A DNA stretch of 64,000 nt from positions 1 to 64,000 of the IMG/VR virus record IMGVR_UViG_3300007960_000015. One strand, written 5' to 3'. A program made the position numbers and the translations under genes. This DNA comes from a virus. A model generated the notes under the pieces. That model saw only the letters and a list, made by a program, of their open reading frames with translations, ran no database searches and had not been told where the DNA came from. Positions 1 to 10,400 of this stretch are shown one piece after another. How positions within the stretch are numbered: the first letter of the stretch is position 1; every line of letters begins with the position of its first letter.

Positions 1-2
1 CT

Positions 3-608
3 GACGACGTCTCATTATATGAATACATAGTAGTAACTGACGGACAAAGACCTGACCAGCTAAGTTATGCTTTATATGGAAACACCAAATACTATTGGAC
101 ATTTTTATTAACTAATCCTTGGCTTAGAAATTTTTGGAATGATTGGCCAAAGGATGATAGTCAGTTATTAGATTATTCTTTAACCAGACATTATGGTGTA
201 GCTGCTATGACTAACGATAGTTTGTCTAATAAATTTACATTAGGTGAGACAGTTAGAGGAATATTATCTAATGCCACGGGTATTATTAATGAGATATACG
301 TTAATAATGGATATATTAACATAGATGTTACTTCTGGTACATTTAGAGAAAGTGGAGAGGATATTCTAGGATTAAGTTCTCAAGATGCTGTTACTGCCAC
401 CTCAGTTAGAAACTATGCTTATTCACCTAAGTATCACGTAGACGATGCAACATTACAAGTTGTACCTAAGAGATTAGCAGGAACCACACCTAAGACACAT
501 TTAGATTTAGATACTGCTGATAACGCTAGACATCAACGTTTAAAGGTAATTAAACCGCAGCATATCGAAGCAATATACGAAGAGTTCCTGCAAGAGATTA
601 ATGGCTAA
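3..608 (+). CDS. gp53: Baseplate wedge protein gp53 (5' end outside window)
   Basis: The frame of ORF 207..608 is open back to position 3 and reads DDVSLYEYIVVTDGQRPDQLSYALYGNTKYYWTFLLTN...NDWP, the gp53 LysM-like motif; C-terminus RLKVIKPQHI; first gene of the baseplate block. Confidence 0.85.
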   Translation, partial: DDVSLYEYIVVTDGQRPDQLSYALYGNTKYYWTFLLTNPWLRNFWNDWPKDDSQLLDYSLTRHYGVAAMTNDSLSNKFTLGETVRGILSNATGIINEIYVNNGYINIDVTSGTFRESGEDILGLSSQDAVTATSVRNYAYSPKYHVDDATLQVVPKRLAGTTPKTHLDLDTADNARHQRLKVIKPQHIEAIYEEFLQEING

Positions 609-1716
609 TATTTCGAAATACAGAGTTATTATCTCCGTTCAGGGTGGAGAGGGTGTTGACATTACAAAAAATGTCGATAAAATTACTATCAGAGAATCGC
701 TAGGAGATGAGTTAATCGGTGAAATTCATTATGATGATTCTAATGGTTTAGCAGATACTATATCTTGGTTTAATGAGGCGGTGTCCATCTCATTTGAATA
801 TTTAGGTGTGTCTTATCATAGTACCTTTATTACTGATGGTATTAGAGGTGTAACTAAAAAATCTAGTTCTAAAACGTTTGTGATTGATCTTAAAGCTGTA
901 AACCATTTAAAAGATTCTATGGCATTATGTGCAAAGAGTTTTTCTGGCACAGCCACTAATGTTATTAAAAAGATTCATGAAGAGTTTTTTGATAATGATT
1001 TATTGGTTAAGGATGAAGCCTTAAATAGAGGTATGTTTATTAGTCCTAATATAAGTCCGAAGAAAGCTATTAATATGATTTTAAATAAGAGTTATAATAA
1101 AGAAGACTCTCCATTTATGCAATTTCAACATTTTATTGGAAAGAAGAGTCCTGTTATTATTAATTCATTACAGAAGATGATAGCAAATGATCCGATATGT
1201 AACTTTACACAATTAAATTCCTTAGATAAAACTAATCTTAAGGCTATTATGGGGCAGGCGGAGAAGTTAGTTATCGATGGCGATGTAACAGCTGCTGTAG
1301 CCAAAAGAGCTGCTGGGGAATTTGGAAGAACTGTGATAGGTTATAATTTAGAAAAGCAAGAGGTTGAGGCTGTAGCTCTTGGCAACGATGTTAATGGTGT
1401 TAATACAATGATACCATTTAGAAGTAACATGTATAATCACAGAGAACAACCTCTACTAAATAATGGTGATGCTGTACATATCTTTACAGCCAAGTTTGTG
1501 AATAGTTTTCTGAATCAACAAACTATGTCAATATACGATTGCCATCCTAATCACTGCGGTGTTGGTGATACAGCAGAAATAACAGTAGACGCTGTTGTCG
1601 GAGATCATGATGTACCTTCAGAAAAGTATTCGGGAAAATATCTTATTAAAGACATCATACATAATATTATTGGTGATGAGTTTAGACAAAACCTTAGGAT
1701 GAATAAAGTTGAATAA
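601..1716 (+). CDS. Putative baseplate hub protein (gp27-like)
   Basis: 371 aa; lies between gp53 and gp5; C-terminal VGDTAEI...YSGKYLIKDIIHNI motif typical of hub/gp27-like proteins. Confidence 0.6.
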   Translation: MANISKYRVIISVQGGEGVDITKNVDKITIRESLGDELIGEIHYDDSNGLADTISWFNEAVSISFEYLGVSYHSTFITDGIRGVTKKSSSKTFVIDLKAVNHLKDSMALCAKSFSGTATNVIKKIHEEFFDNDLLVKDEALNRGMFISPNISPKKAINMILNKSYNKEDSPFMQFQHFIGKKSPVIINSLQKMIANDPICNFTQLNSLDKTNLKAIMGQAEKLVIDGDVTAAVAKRAAGEFGRTVIGYNLEKQEVEAVALGNDVNGVNTMIPFRSNMYNHREQPLLNNGDAVHIFTAKFVNSFLNQQTMSIYDCHPNHCGVGDTAEITVDAVVGDHDVPSEKYSGKYLIKDIIHNIIGDEFRQNLRMNKVE

Positions 1717-2662
1717 ATTATATTTTGGTATTGTAGAGAGTTTGCAAGATCCTTTAAAATTAGGGAGGATACAGGTACGGGTATATAATGTCCATCCTGT
1801 AGATAAAACTAAGGTACCTACAGATTCTTTAGTATGGTCATTAGTAGTTACTCCTACCACATCTCCTTCTATATCAGGACTTGGACATAGCCCATTTTTA
1901 GTTAATGGATCTACAGTAGTTGGTTACTATATTGATGATGCCTACCAAGACTTTTTAATTTTAGGTACTATATCAGGCACACAATCTAGTTCGACACAAA
2001 TTATCCCTTCACAGGGCTTTGCTGATCCCGAAGGACAGTATCCAAGAGCTCTTGAGGATCCGGATTTAAATATTAGATCTAGGGAAGGTGATGATCCAGA
2101 TGCGGAGTTTGATATAACAAGGGGTACTTATCAACCGTATTCTACCTATAACCCTCAATACCCTCATAACCATGTATATGAAACAACCTCAGGTCATTTA
2201 AAAGAGTATGATGATACACCCGGGGCTGAACGTATTAGAGAGAAACACACTTCAGGTACTTATTACGAAATACAGTCTAATGGCACTAAGGTAGAAAGAA
2301 TACAAAGAGACAATTACCAATTAATCATCGGCGATGATACTATAGAGGTAAAGGGAAGTGTTAATGTTATAGTATCTGGTAATGCTAATGTGGCTGTGGC
2401 AGGTAATGTGGATGCTCATGTTCAAGGTAATATCACAGCTGTAGGGGAACAAAACCTATCCGCATCTATTACCGATAAGATCAACGTGACAGCAGGTAAT
2501 GATATTAACATTACAACTAATAAGAGTGCACATATACAAGCCTCTGATAATATTAACATTAGAGCTGATAAAGCTATGGAAATATACGCTAAGGATGACA
2601 TTTTAATTAAATCTGATAAGAATATCCAATTAAAAGGCGAGAATATTTATATAAATGAATAA
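1709..2662 (+). CDS. gp5: Baseplate central spike gp5 (OB-fold + beta-helix, no lysozyme domain)
   Basis: DPLKLGRIQVRV...PTDSLVW OB-fold; YPHNHVYETTSGHLKEYDDTPGAERI; C-terminal VxG beta-helix repeats. Confidence 0.9.
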   Translation: MNKLYFGIVESLQDPLKLGRIQVRVYNVHPVDKTKVPTDSLVWSLVVTPTTSPSISGLGHSPFLVNGSTVVGYYIDDAYQDFLILGTISGTQSSSTQIIPSQGFADPEGQYPRALEDPDLNIRSREGDDPDAEFDITRGTYQPYSTYNPQYPHNHVYETTSGHLKEYDDTPGAERIREKHTSGTYYEIQSNGTKVERIQRDNYQLIIGDDTIEVKGSVNVIVSGNANVAVAGNVDAHVQGNITAVGEQNLSASITDKINVTAGNDINITTNKSAHIQASDNINIRADKAMEIYAKDDILIKSDKNIQLKGENIYINE

Positions 2663-2670
2663 ATACTAAT

Positions 2671-3072
2671 ATGGCTATAACAGTAAGTACATCTACACTA
2701 CATAAGGATCTGGATTTTCATTTCGATATTAATCCTATTACTAATGATGTGCCTGTAGTAGTTGATGTAAAGGCTATCAAACAAAGTGTACTAAATATAT
2801 TATTAACTAACCACGGTGAGAGACCATTTAAACCTACCTTTGGTGCTAATCTAAGGTCTTATTTATTTGAGCCTATTGACAATGTAACGATTGTATTAAT
2901 TGCTAATCAAATAAAAGAAGCAATTACCAATTGGGAACCAAGAGTACGGGTTGTAGACATAAAGGTAAGTAGTAAAGCGGATAGGAATGCTATAGACATA
3001 TCAGCCGAAATAAAAATTATTGGTACAGGTGATGTAGTAACAATAGAAACTTCTTTAGAGAGAATACGATAA
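2671..3072 (+). CDS. gp25: Baseplate wedge subunit gp25
   Basis: KDLD...AIKQSVLNILLTNHGERPFKPTFG...WEPRV. Confidence 0.92.
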   Translation: MAITVSTSTLHKDLDFHFDINPITNDVPVVVDVKAIKQSVLNILLTNHGERPFKPTFGANLRSYLFEPIDNVTIVLIANQIKEAITNWEPRVRVVDIKVSSKADRNAIDISAEIKIIGTGDVVTIETSLERIR

Positions 3073-4928
3073 TGGCGACAAATAGACAAATTAATGTTTC
3101 AGAACTAGATTTTAATCAAATAAAGAGTAATCTGATAGAGTACATGGAGGCTCAACCAGCTCCATTCTCTGATTATAACTTTGAAGGTTCTGCTATGTCA
3201 ACTGTAATTGACGTGTTAGCATATATTACACATATTAATGCTGTTAATGCTCACTTTGCTTTAAATGAAACATTTATTGATACAGCACAACTTAGAGAAA
3301 GCGTTGTATCACATGCGAAGCTTCTAGGATATACACCACATTCTACCAAGCCTGCTTTAGCAAAGATTAATTTACTTATTAATAATCCTATTAATGTTTT
3401 GGATGAGAATAATAAGAATCTTCCTCTCACTATAACAAGAGGCACAGCATTCACTACAACAATCAACTCGGTCACTTATCCTTTTATGGTTTCAGATACT
3501 ACTACTATTAATGTTAATTCAGAGGGTAACTATATATTTGAAGACCTTATTATAGAACAAGGGCAATTAAAAACAACTACCTATGTGTATGACGACAGAG
3601 GATTTGAACACTATTATCTTTTTGATGATGCTGTTAATACCAATTCTGTAAAGGTTACTATCTTTGAATCAGACTCATCAACACAAAGCGAGATTTATGT
3701 TCCTGCTGGAAATGTAGCATCCTTATCTAATACGACTCCGATATTCTTTTTAGAAGAGAGTAGAGAGGGTTTGTATGAAATTAAATTTGGTGATGGTGTT
3801 ATCGGAAAGAAACCTAAGAACGGTAATATTATATCAATAAGTTATTCTGTGGTGGGTAATAATAATGTCAATGGTGCTTCACAATTTGCTTTAGCCGGAG
3901 ATATTAATGGTAATACTAATGCTACAGTAACTGTGATTGATAATGCCTCAGGATATAGTAAGAGGGAAACAAAGGATTCTATTAAATTTAATGCACCTCT
4001 CGGTTATGTAGCTCAAAATAGAGCGGTTACGCCAGATGACTATAAGGCTATTATCCAGAATAATTGGGGTGACATTGAAACACTAACTGTTTGGGGCGGT
4101 GAAGATAATATTCCACCTGATTATGGAAAAGTATATGTATCCATTAAACCTTTATCCGGACCAGCTTTATCAGATACAGATAAAGCTGCTATTATTCATA
4201 ACTATTTAAAACCAAAGAATGTGGTGTCAATTACCCCTGTATTAGTAGATCCGGATTACACATATATTAAATTAGACATACACTTTAAATATAATCCTAA
4301 TGTATCTGATGTTACTTCAGCCGGTCTTTCTAATAATATAAGAACAGAAATCAATACTTATAAACAAGATCAATTAGATAACTTCGGTGGTGTATTTAGA
4401 TATTCAAACCTATCTAAAAGAATAGATGATTCTCATATTGCTATTATATCTAACGTAACTAGAGTACAAGTATATAAGGAGTTTACTCCCGCATTAAATA
4501 CAGAGAAACTATATACGTTTAATTTTAATCAGCCGCTGCGTGATTATGATGGATCTGATAGTACAATCAAATCTTCAGAATTTACTTATATGGGTCATGT
4601 ATGTTATTTACAAGATTATTACGATTCAGAAAAAGAAAAGTATATCGTTAGAGTGGTGACTACAGATGAAACAATACTAGCTACTAACGTTGGTGAAGTA
4701 AATAGATTAACTGGTCACGTAAGTCTTACCGGATTCGTACCACAATCTGTTATAGATATTTCTGGTGTTCTTAAATTATTTGCTAAGACGGCTTCTAATG
4801 ATATTAAACCAAGTAGAAATGAATTAATTACTATTGATGTTAATGAAACCACAATTCAAGGGGAAGTAGATACTATGGTGACAGGAGGTACTACTGCAGG
4901 TATTGATTATAATACAGTGAATAGCTAA
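3072..4928 (+). CDS. gp6: Baseplate wedge subunit gp6
   Basis: ELDFNQIK..DYNFEGS..AQLRESVVSHAKLLGY; FGDGVIG; QNRAVTPDDY; WGGEDN. Confidence 0.93.
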   Translation: MATNRQINVSELDFNQIKSNLIEYMEAQPAPFSDYNFEGSAMSTVIDVLAYITHINAVNAHFALNETFIDTAQLRESVVSHAKLLGYTPHSTKPALAKINLLINNPINVLDENNKNLPLTITRGTAFTTTINSVTYPFMVSDTTTINVNSEGNYIFEDLIIEQGQLKTTTYVYDDRGFEHYYLFDDAVNTNSVKVTIFESDSSTQSEIYVPAGNVASLSNTTPIFFLEESREGLYEIKFGDGVIGKKPKNGNIISISYSVVGNNNVNGASQFALAGDINGNTNATVTVIDNASGYSKRETKDSIKFNAPLGYVAQNRAVTPDDYKAIIQNNWGDIETLTVWGGEDNIPPDYGKVYVSIKPLSGPALSDTDKAAIIHNYLKPKNVVSITPVLVDPDYTYIKLDIHFKYNPNVSDVTSAGLSNNIRTEINTYKQDQLDNFGGVFRYSNLSKRIDDSHIAIISNVTRVQVYKEFTPALNTEKLYTFNFNQPLRDYDGSDSTIKSSEFTYMGHVCYLQDYYDSEKEKYIVRVVTTDETILATNVGEVNRLTGHVSLTGFVPQSVIDISGVLKLFAKTASNDIKPSRNELITIDVNETTIQGEVDTMVTGGTTAGIDYNTVNS

Positions 4929-6094
4929 TGAGCATTACTAGTCCATTTGAAAAGAGAGAGACTTATAACATTTCGTCGTTTATCGATGATTTGGTACCAC
5001 AGCATATTGTAGATGATCACCCAGAACTTATTGAGTTCATTAAAGTATATGCTTATTATATGGAGAAGGTTAATGCTTCTGGCTTTTACCTAAACCAATT
5101 AGATATTCAACGAGATATTGATCATATTGAAACGAAATTATTGAATGAACTACAAAATGAAATTGGTGCACCGATACCAAGAACATTCGCTTCCGATCCA
5201 CGATTATTTTATAGAAGGTTAGGTGAATTTTATAGAAGTAGAGGTACTCCTGAATCTATCGATGCCTTTTTCAGATTAATATACAATGATGATGTAGAGG
5301 TTTATTTTCCGAAGGAGGATATGCTTATTCCTTCTGATGGCAAATTCTACTCACAAGAAGATGATATTGTTAATCACTATCAAGATCATACACCGGTATT
5401 TACATTTACATTAACGTCTAATACAAATACAATTGACTTTAATGATGATTATGGATATAAACCTAAGTTTGATGATGACGTTGTATTTGTTAATAATATA
5501 ATACAATATCCAACGGAAAAGATTGTATATAATAATTCAACAGAAGAATTAGATCATAGTTTAGTATTTGATTATGATTTAACCTCAGGTGATGTTATAA
5601 CGGTTTATCGTCGTGGATTATTTACTACAGCTGATGGATTTATATCAGATAAAAAATATATTCAAGATAGTTATTTCTATCAGAAATTCTCTTATGTTCT
5701 GAAGACGGGTAAGAATATAACAGAATGGAAGAATTCATTTACAAGATTAATTCACCCTGCAGGATTTATATTCTTCGGTGAGATCTTAATCTTAGTAGAG
5801 GCGTTTGACTTAGGTATCCCATCAATACAGCCGGGATACCAAAGAGAAGGTCTTCCCAGAACTATTAATATACAGCCTGCTTATGCAACATCTTCATTTG
5901 TTGCAACAGGTCATTATATAGAAAAAGAGTATACTCATATAGCCAGCGCTAATAAGTTCGGCTCGTGGGACCACTTTGATAACACGAAGTTTGTTAATTG
6001 GAGACAAATTTCAGAATACCAAAACATTTCTTTCGGAGATGTTATAAATAAAACTATTGGTACCCATATCGGTTGCCAGATTATAGAATCATAA
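4928..6094 (+). CDS. gp7: Baseplate wedge initiator gp7-like (short form)
   Basis: FYRSRGTPESIDAFFRLIY; IQDSYFYQKFSYVLK; LIHPAGF; located between gp6 and gp8. Confidence 0.75.
   Translation: MSITSPFEKRETYNISSFIDDLVPQHIVDDHPELIEFIKVYAYYMEKVNASGFYLNQLDIQRDIDHIETKLLNELQNEIGAPIPRTFASDPRLFYRRLGEFYRSRGTPESIDAFFRLIYNDDVEVYFPKEDMLIPSDGKFYSQEDDIVNHYQDHTPVFTFTLTSNTNTIDFNDDYGYKPKFDDDVVFVNNIIQYPTEKIVYNNSTEELDHSLVFDYDLTSGDVITVYRRGLFTTADGFISDKKYIQDSYFYQKFSYVLKTGKNITEWKNSFTRLIHPAGFIFFGEILILVEAFDLGIPSIQPGYQREGLPRTINIQPAYATSSFVATGHYIEKEYTHIASANKFGSWDHFDNTKFVNWRQISEYQNISFGDVINKTIGTHIGCQIIES
6043..6050 (+). promoter_or_regulatory. T4-type late promoter box
   Basis: TATAAATA ~60 nt upstream of gp8. Confidence 0.65.
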
Positions 6095-6109
6095 CGGAGT
6101 TAAATAAAA

Positions 6110-7432
6110 ATGTCAGCAATTATTACCAGTGAATTTCGCCTGAATACTACGAGTGTTTTCGTAGATGCTTTAGGCACGGATTCGTATTACATGGGATTAG
6201 GTCGTCCGAATAATTGGACAGATGAGCTAAATCCTGATGTTCCTTACGAAAATGTATACACAACAAACACAGTGTGGGAAAATATGTACGCTATGAAAAA
6301 ACTAGATAGTACAGATATTACTTACACTTGCCCACGAAACGTATGGGTATCAGGTCAAACATATTCTGAATATGATGACAGGGACAGTAATTTAGAAGGA
6401 AAGCAGTATTATGTCATTTCCGATAATAATAACGTATACCTTTGCTTAAAATCTGGTGGTGTTTCCACTAAAGATCCTGATATTGAAGGTGTAACCACAT
6501 CGGGTGTTATCGACTATACCAACGCTGACGGGTATATTTGGAAATACTTGTTTACGGTTCCAGTAGATACAGGTACTAAATTCTTAACAGCTTCGTTTAT
6601 TCCAGTGGTACATTTAGATACTCAACCAACTCCGGGTTCAGATACAGCATTATTAAATCAATGGGCTGTGCAACAAAACACTGTGGATGGCGCTATTTAC
6701 AATGTTAAGATTGATAATGCAGGTACAGGTTATACCTCAGCTCCGACTGTTACTATTGAAGGTGATGGTACTAATGCTACAGCAACTGCTACAGTATCTG
6801 GTGGTGTTATTACTGATATTGAAGTAACTAACATTGGTTCTGGATATACAAAAGCAATAGTAACTTTATCTGGCGGTGGTGGTTCTAATGGTTCGGTAAG
6901 AGCTGTTATAGGTCCGAAGGGTGGCTTTGGTGCTGATCCTCGCGTTGATTTAAGAACTCATTACGTTATTATTAATAAGGTGTTTAACGGTAATGAAGCT
7001 GGTACTATTCCAAGTGCTAATGACTTTAGACAAATTACATTAGTAAAAAATCCTATAGAGGACGGTGGTTCTCCAGCAGCTGCTAATGCTTATACAGTAG
7101 CACATTCATTAGAAGTATCATTGGGTTCAACATTTGATCCTGATGATGTTATTGAAGGTACTGTTACTGGCGCGAAAGGTTTTGTTGTTGAATATGATAG
7201 TGTGAATGGTATTATCAAATATGTTCAAAATGAGGATACTGGATATACACCATTTACTACTTCCGATCTAATTAGATTGGAAACTGCATCAACCGGTGGT
7301 GAAACATGTACGGCGGTAGTAGATCCTGAAGTCCAACATTATTCAGGCGATGTTGTTTTTGTTGAAAACAGAACAGCTGTAACAAGAGCTTCAGATCAAA
7401 TTGAAACAATCAGATTAGTTATTGAATTTTAA
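6110..7432 (+). CDS. gp8: Baseplate wedge protein gp8
   Basis: MSAIITSEFR; VYLCL; DGYIWKYLFT; FIPV; GPKGGFG; DFRQI; YSGDVVFVENR...EF. Confidence 0.9.
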   Translation: MSAIITSEFRLNTTSVFVDALGTDSYYMGLGRPNNWTDELNPDVPYENVYTTNTVWENMYAMKKLDSTDITYTCPRNVWVSGQTYSEYDDRDSNLEGKQYYVISDNNNVYLCLKSGGVSTKDPDIEGVTTSGVIDYTNADGYIWKYLFTVPVDTGTKFLTASFIPVVHLDTQPTPGSDTALLNQWAVQQNTVDGAIYNVKIDNAGTGYTSAPTVTIEGDGTNATATATVSGGVITDIEVTNIGSGYTKAIVTLSGGGGSNGSVRAVIGPKGGFGADPRVDLRTHYVIINKVFNGNEAGTIPSANDFRQITLVKNPIEDGGSPAAANAYTVAHSLEVSLGSTFDPDDVIEGTVTGAKGFVVEYDSVNGIIKYVQNEDTGYTPFTTSDLIRLETASTGGETCTAVVDPEVQHYSGDVVFVENRTAVTRASDQIETIRLVIEF

Positions 7433-7442
7433 GGAATAAGAG

Positions 7443-10400
7443 ATGGCAATAAAATTTAACATTGAACCGTATTGGGATGATTATAATACACCTACGGCTG
7501 TAGATGGATTAACTCCTAAGGAGAAGTATAATAGAGTCCTCTTCAGACCAGGACATGCTGTTCAGGCAAGGGAATTAACTCAACTACAATCAATGCTTCA
7601 AAATCAAGTATCTTCAGTTGGAGATCACTTGTTTAAAGAAGGTTCAGTTGTTATTCCTGGTAGTGTAAGTGTATTTAATGACATTGATTATTTAAAATTA
7701 AGTGCGTTAAACGTTACAGCTAATGCCGCAATCGGACTTACCTTTACAGACGGAACAAACAGCGCGAAGGTTATTCATGCTGTAGAAGCTGAAGGTACAG
7801 ATCCAATTACTCTTTTCGTTCAATATGTTGAAGGATCAGCCAAATTTGCTGATGCCGCCAACCTTACTACATCTACTTTAGAGACAGCCACCGTAGATAC
7901 TTCAGGAAAGGGTTCTATTGTATCTATTGACGATGGTATCTATTACGTAAAGAAACATTTTGTAATTGTTAAAGCAGCTACTGTTGTATTGTCAAAATAT
8001 ACTACTGATGTATCATATGATGTAGGTTTATTAGTTAATGAGGAATTAGTAAGTGCTGGTGAAGATGTATCATTAAATGATAATGCACAAGGTACTCCTA
8101 ATGAATCAGCTCCTGGCGCTCATAGATATGCTATTAAAACATCTTTAGTTAAACAAGCCAATAATGCTAATAATGGTAATTTCGTTTTATTAGCGCGATT
8201 ACAAAATGGTATTGTTTCACATCAAGTAAGAGCTACTGATTATTCTGTTATTGAAGAAACATTAGCCAGAAGAACTTATGATGAATCAGGTAACTATACA
8301 GTTAATCCATTTACAGCTTCTGCGAAAGATCATGTTGGCGCGGATACCACTAAATTATCATTAGGTATCGAGCCATCTAAAGCCTATGTTCGTGGTTATG
8401 AAATCCAAACATTAGACACAACCAATGTTGATATTAATAAAGCTAGAGATACAGCCTTAGTTACAGATAGAGTTACAGAGTTAACTCATGATAATTATAT
8501 CATTGTATCCTCATTAATTAGTACTCCAGATACTACAACATTCGAAAAATTTGATATTACAAATGGTTCTGTTGTAATTGGTTCAGCCAGAGCTAGATTA
8601 TTAAATTCTGAAAATACAAGTCCTGCTACATATAAGATACATGTATTTGATGTATCATTCACAGGATCTTATTCAATTGATGATGCTACCGCAATTGAGA
8701 ATTCGGGTAATTTATCTGCAACGATTGATTCACATAATCTTTCAAAAGATTCATTAGTTTATCCGCTTCCATACGAAAGGATTTCTACTTGTTCTGCGGA
8801 AACTGATCCTTTAAATCCACCTGATTATAACTATAGATTTGAGACTAATAGAGACGTAGGCCAATCTCAAGTTGCCAACCATGAAGCTATTTTCTATTGT
8901 GCTACCACTAACGAAGTATTTGGTTCTACAAGTAATGAAGCTAATTGGATATTAGAAGTAGTATCATTTGGTACTGGCACTGATGGTACAATTTTAGATT
9001 TAACTGCGAGTGATATAGTTGTTGATAATAACAACGTTCCGCCCAAAGTTACTGTAACAATGCCTACTGGTCCACACGGCACACACGATGGTGATACAGT
9101 TAAATTAATCGCTCCTACTATTAGAACATTAACTCATAAGACTAAATCAAAGATTTCTGCTTCTACTGTATTATCAGTAGCATTAAACTTTAATAATTGG
9201 CAAAATTTAGGACATGCTGATGTATTAAGAATTGTCTCTATCGATGATAACGGTGTTGATGTTACAAGACATTTTGATTTAGATAACGGTCAAAGAGATA
9301 CTCATTATGGTGTAGGTGCTATCAGAATTAAATCTACATCATTATATGTACCAAGTGCTGATCTTACTGTTGATTATGAATACTTTTCACATACAACAGG
9401 TGATTTCTTTACAGTAGATTCCTATTCAGGTGCTGTAGATTATGAAGATATTCCTAATTATAATGGTATTGAATTAAGATCTTCAGTTGATTTCAGACCA
9501 AGAATGGATAACTCTGGTGGTAATTATACAGGCACTGGAGCTTCAACTTCTATTTGTCCAAGACCATTATCTCAGTTTGAGACGGACATTCAATATTACT
9601 TAAATCGTATTGATAAAGTATACTTAGATAAAGACGGTGAGTTTGGTGTATTAGAAGGTGTAGCAGATTTAAATCCTGAATTGCCTGGTGAACCTAAAGA
9701 TGCTATGGTATTATACCATGTATTTGTTCCTGCTTACACACTAAATCCTGAAGAAGTTATTATTAATTATATTGATAATAGACGTTATACAATGAGAGAT
9801 ATTGGTAAGCTAGAATCAAGAATTAATAATCTTGAATATTATACAACATTAAATATGTTGGAAGCTGCTGCCGAACAACGTCAAATTTTAGATAACGCTG
9901 GTCTTCCACGATTTAAATCAGGACTTTTAGTAGATTCATTTACTGATACCACAGTCGGACGTGTTAACTCACAAGAGTATCGTGCTTCAATTGATAGATC
10001 TACAGGTACATTAAGACCTTTATTTAGTGAGGGTAATTCGAAGTTATTGTTTGACAATTCACTTTCTGATACTCAAAAGACTGGTGATTTAGTTACTCTT
10101 CCATATACCGTAAGTGCATTGATTGATCAATCACAATACTCTGGTTCTATTAATGTTAACCCATTTGATGTATTTAACTGGACAGGTACTTTAAAATTAA
10201 CTCCTGCCACAGATGAATGGAAAGATATTGATAGAAGACCACAACTAATTGTTAATCAAGATGGTGTATTTGATGCATTAAGAGATATTCTAGATGAAAA
10301 TGTAGCTACTGGTACTGTATGGAACTCATGGCAAACTAACTGGACAGGTGCTACAACAAGAACTTCAAATAATTTTAATTGGGGTTGGGCCGCTGGAGTT

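Noticed and set aside
207-608. 133-aa ORF as a complete gene
   Set aside because: The frame is open to the window edge and carries the gp53 motif upstream; it is the 3' part of gp53
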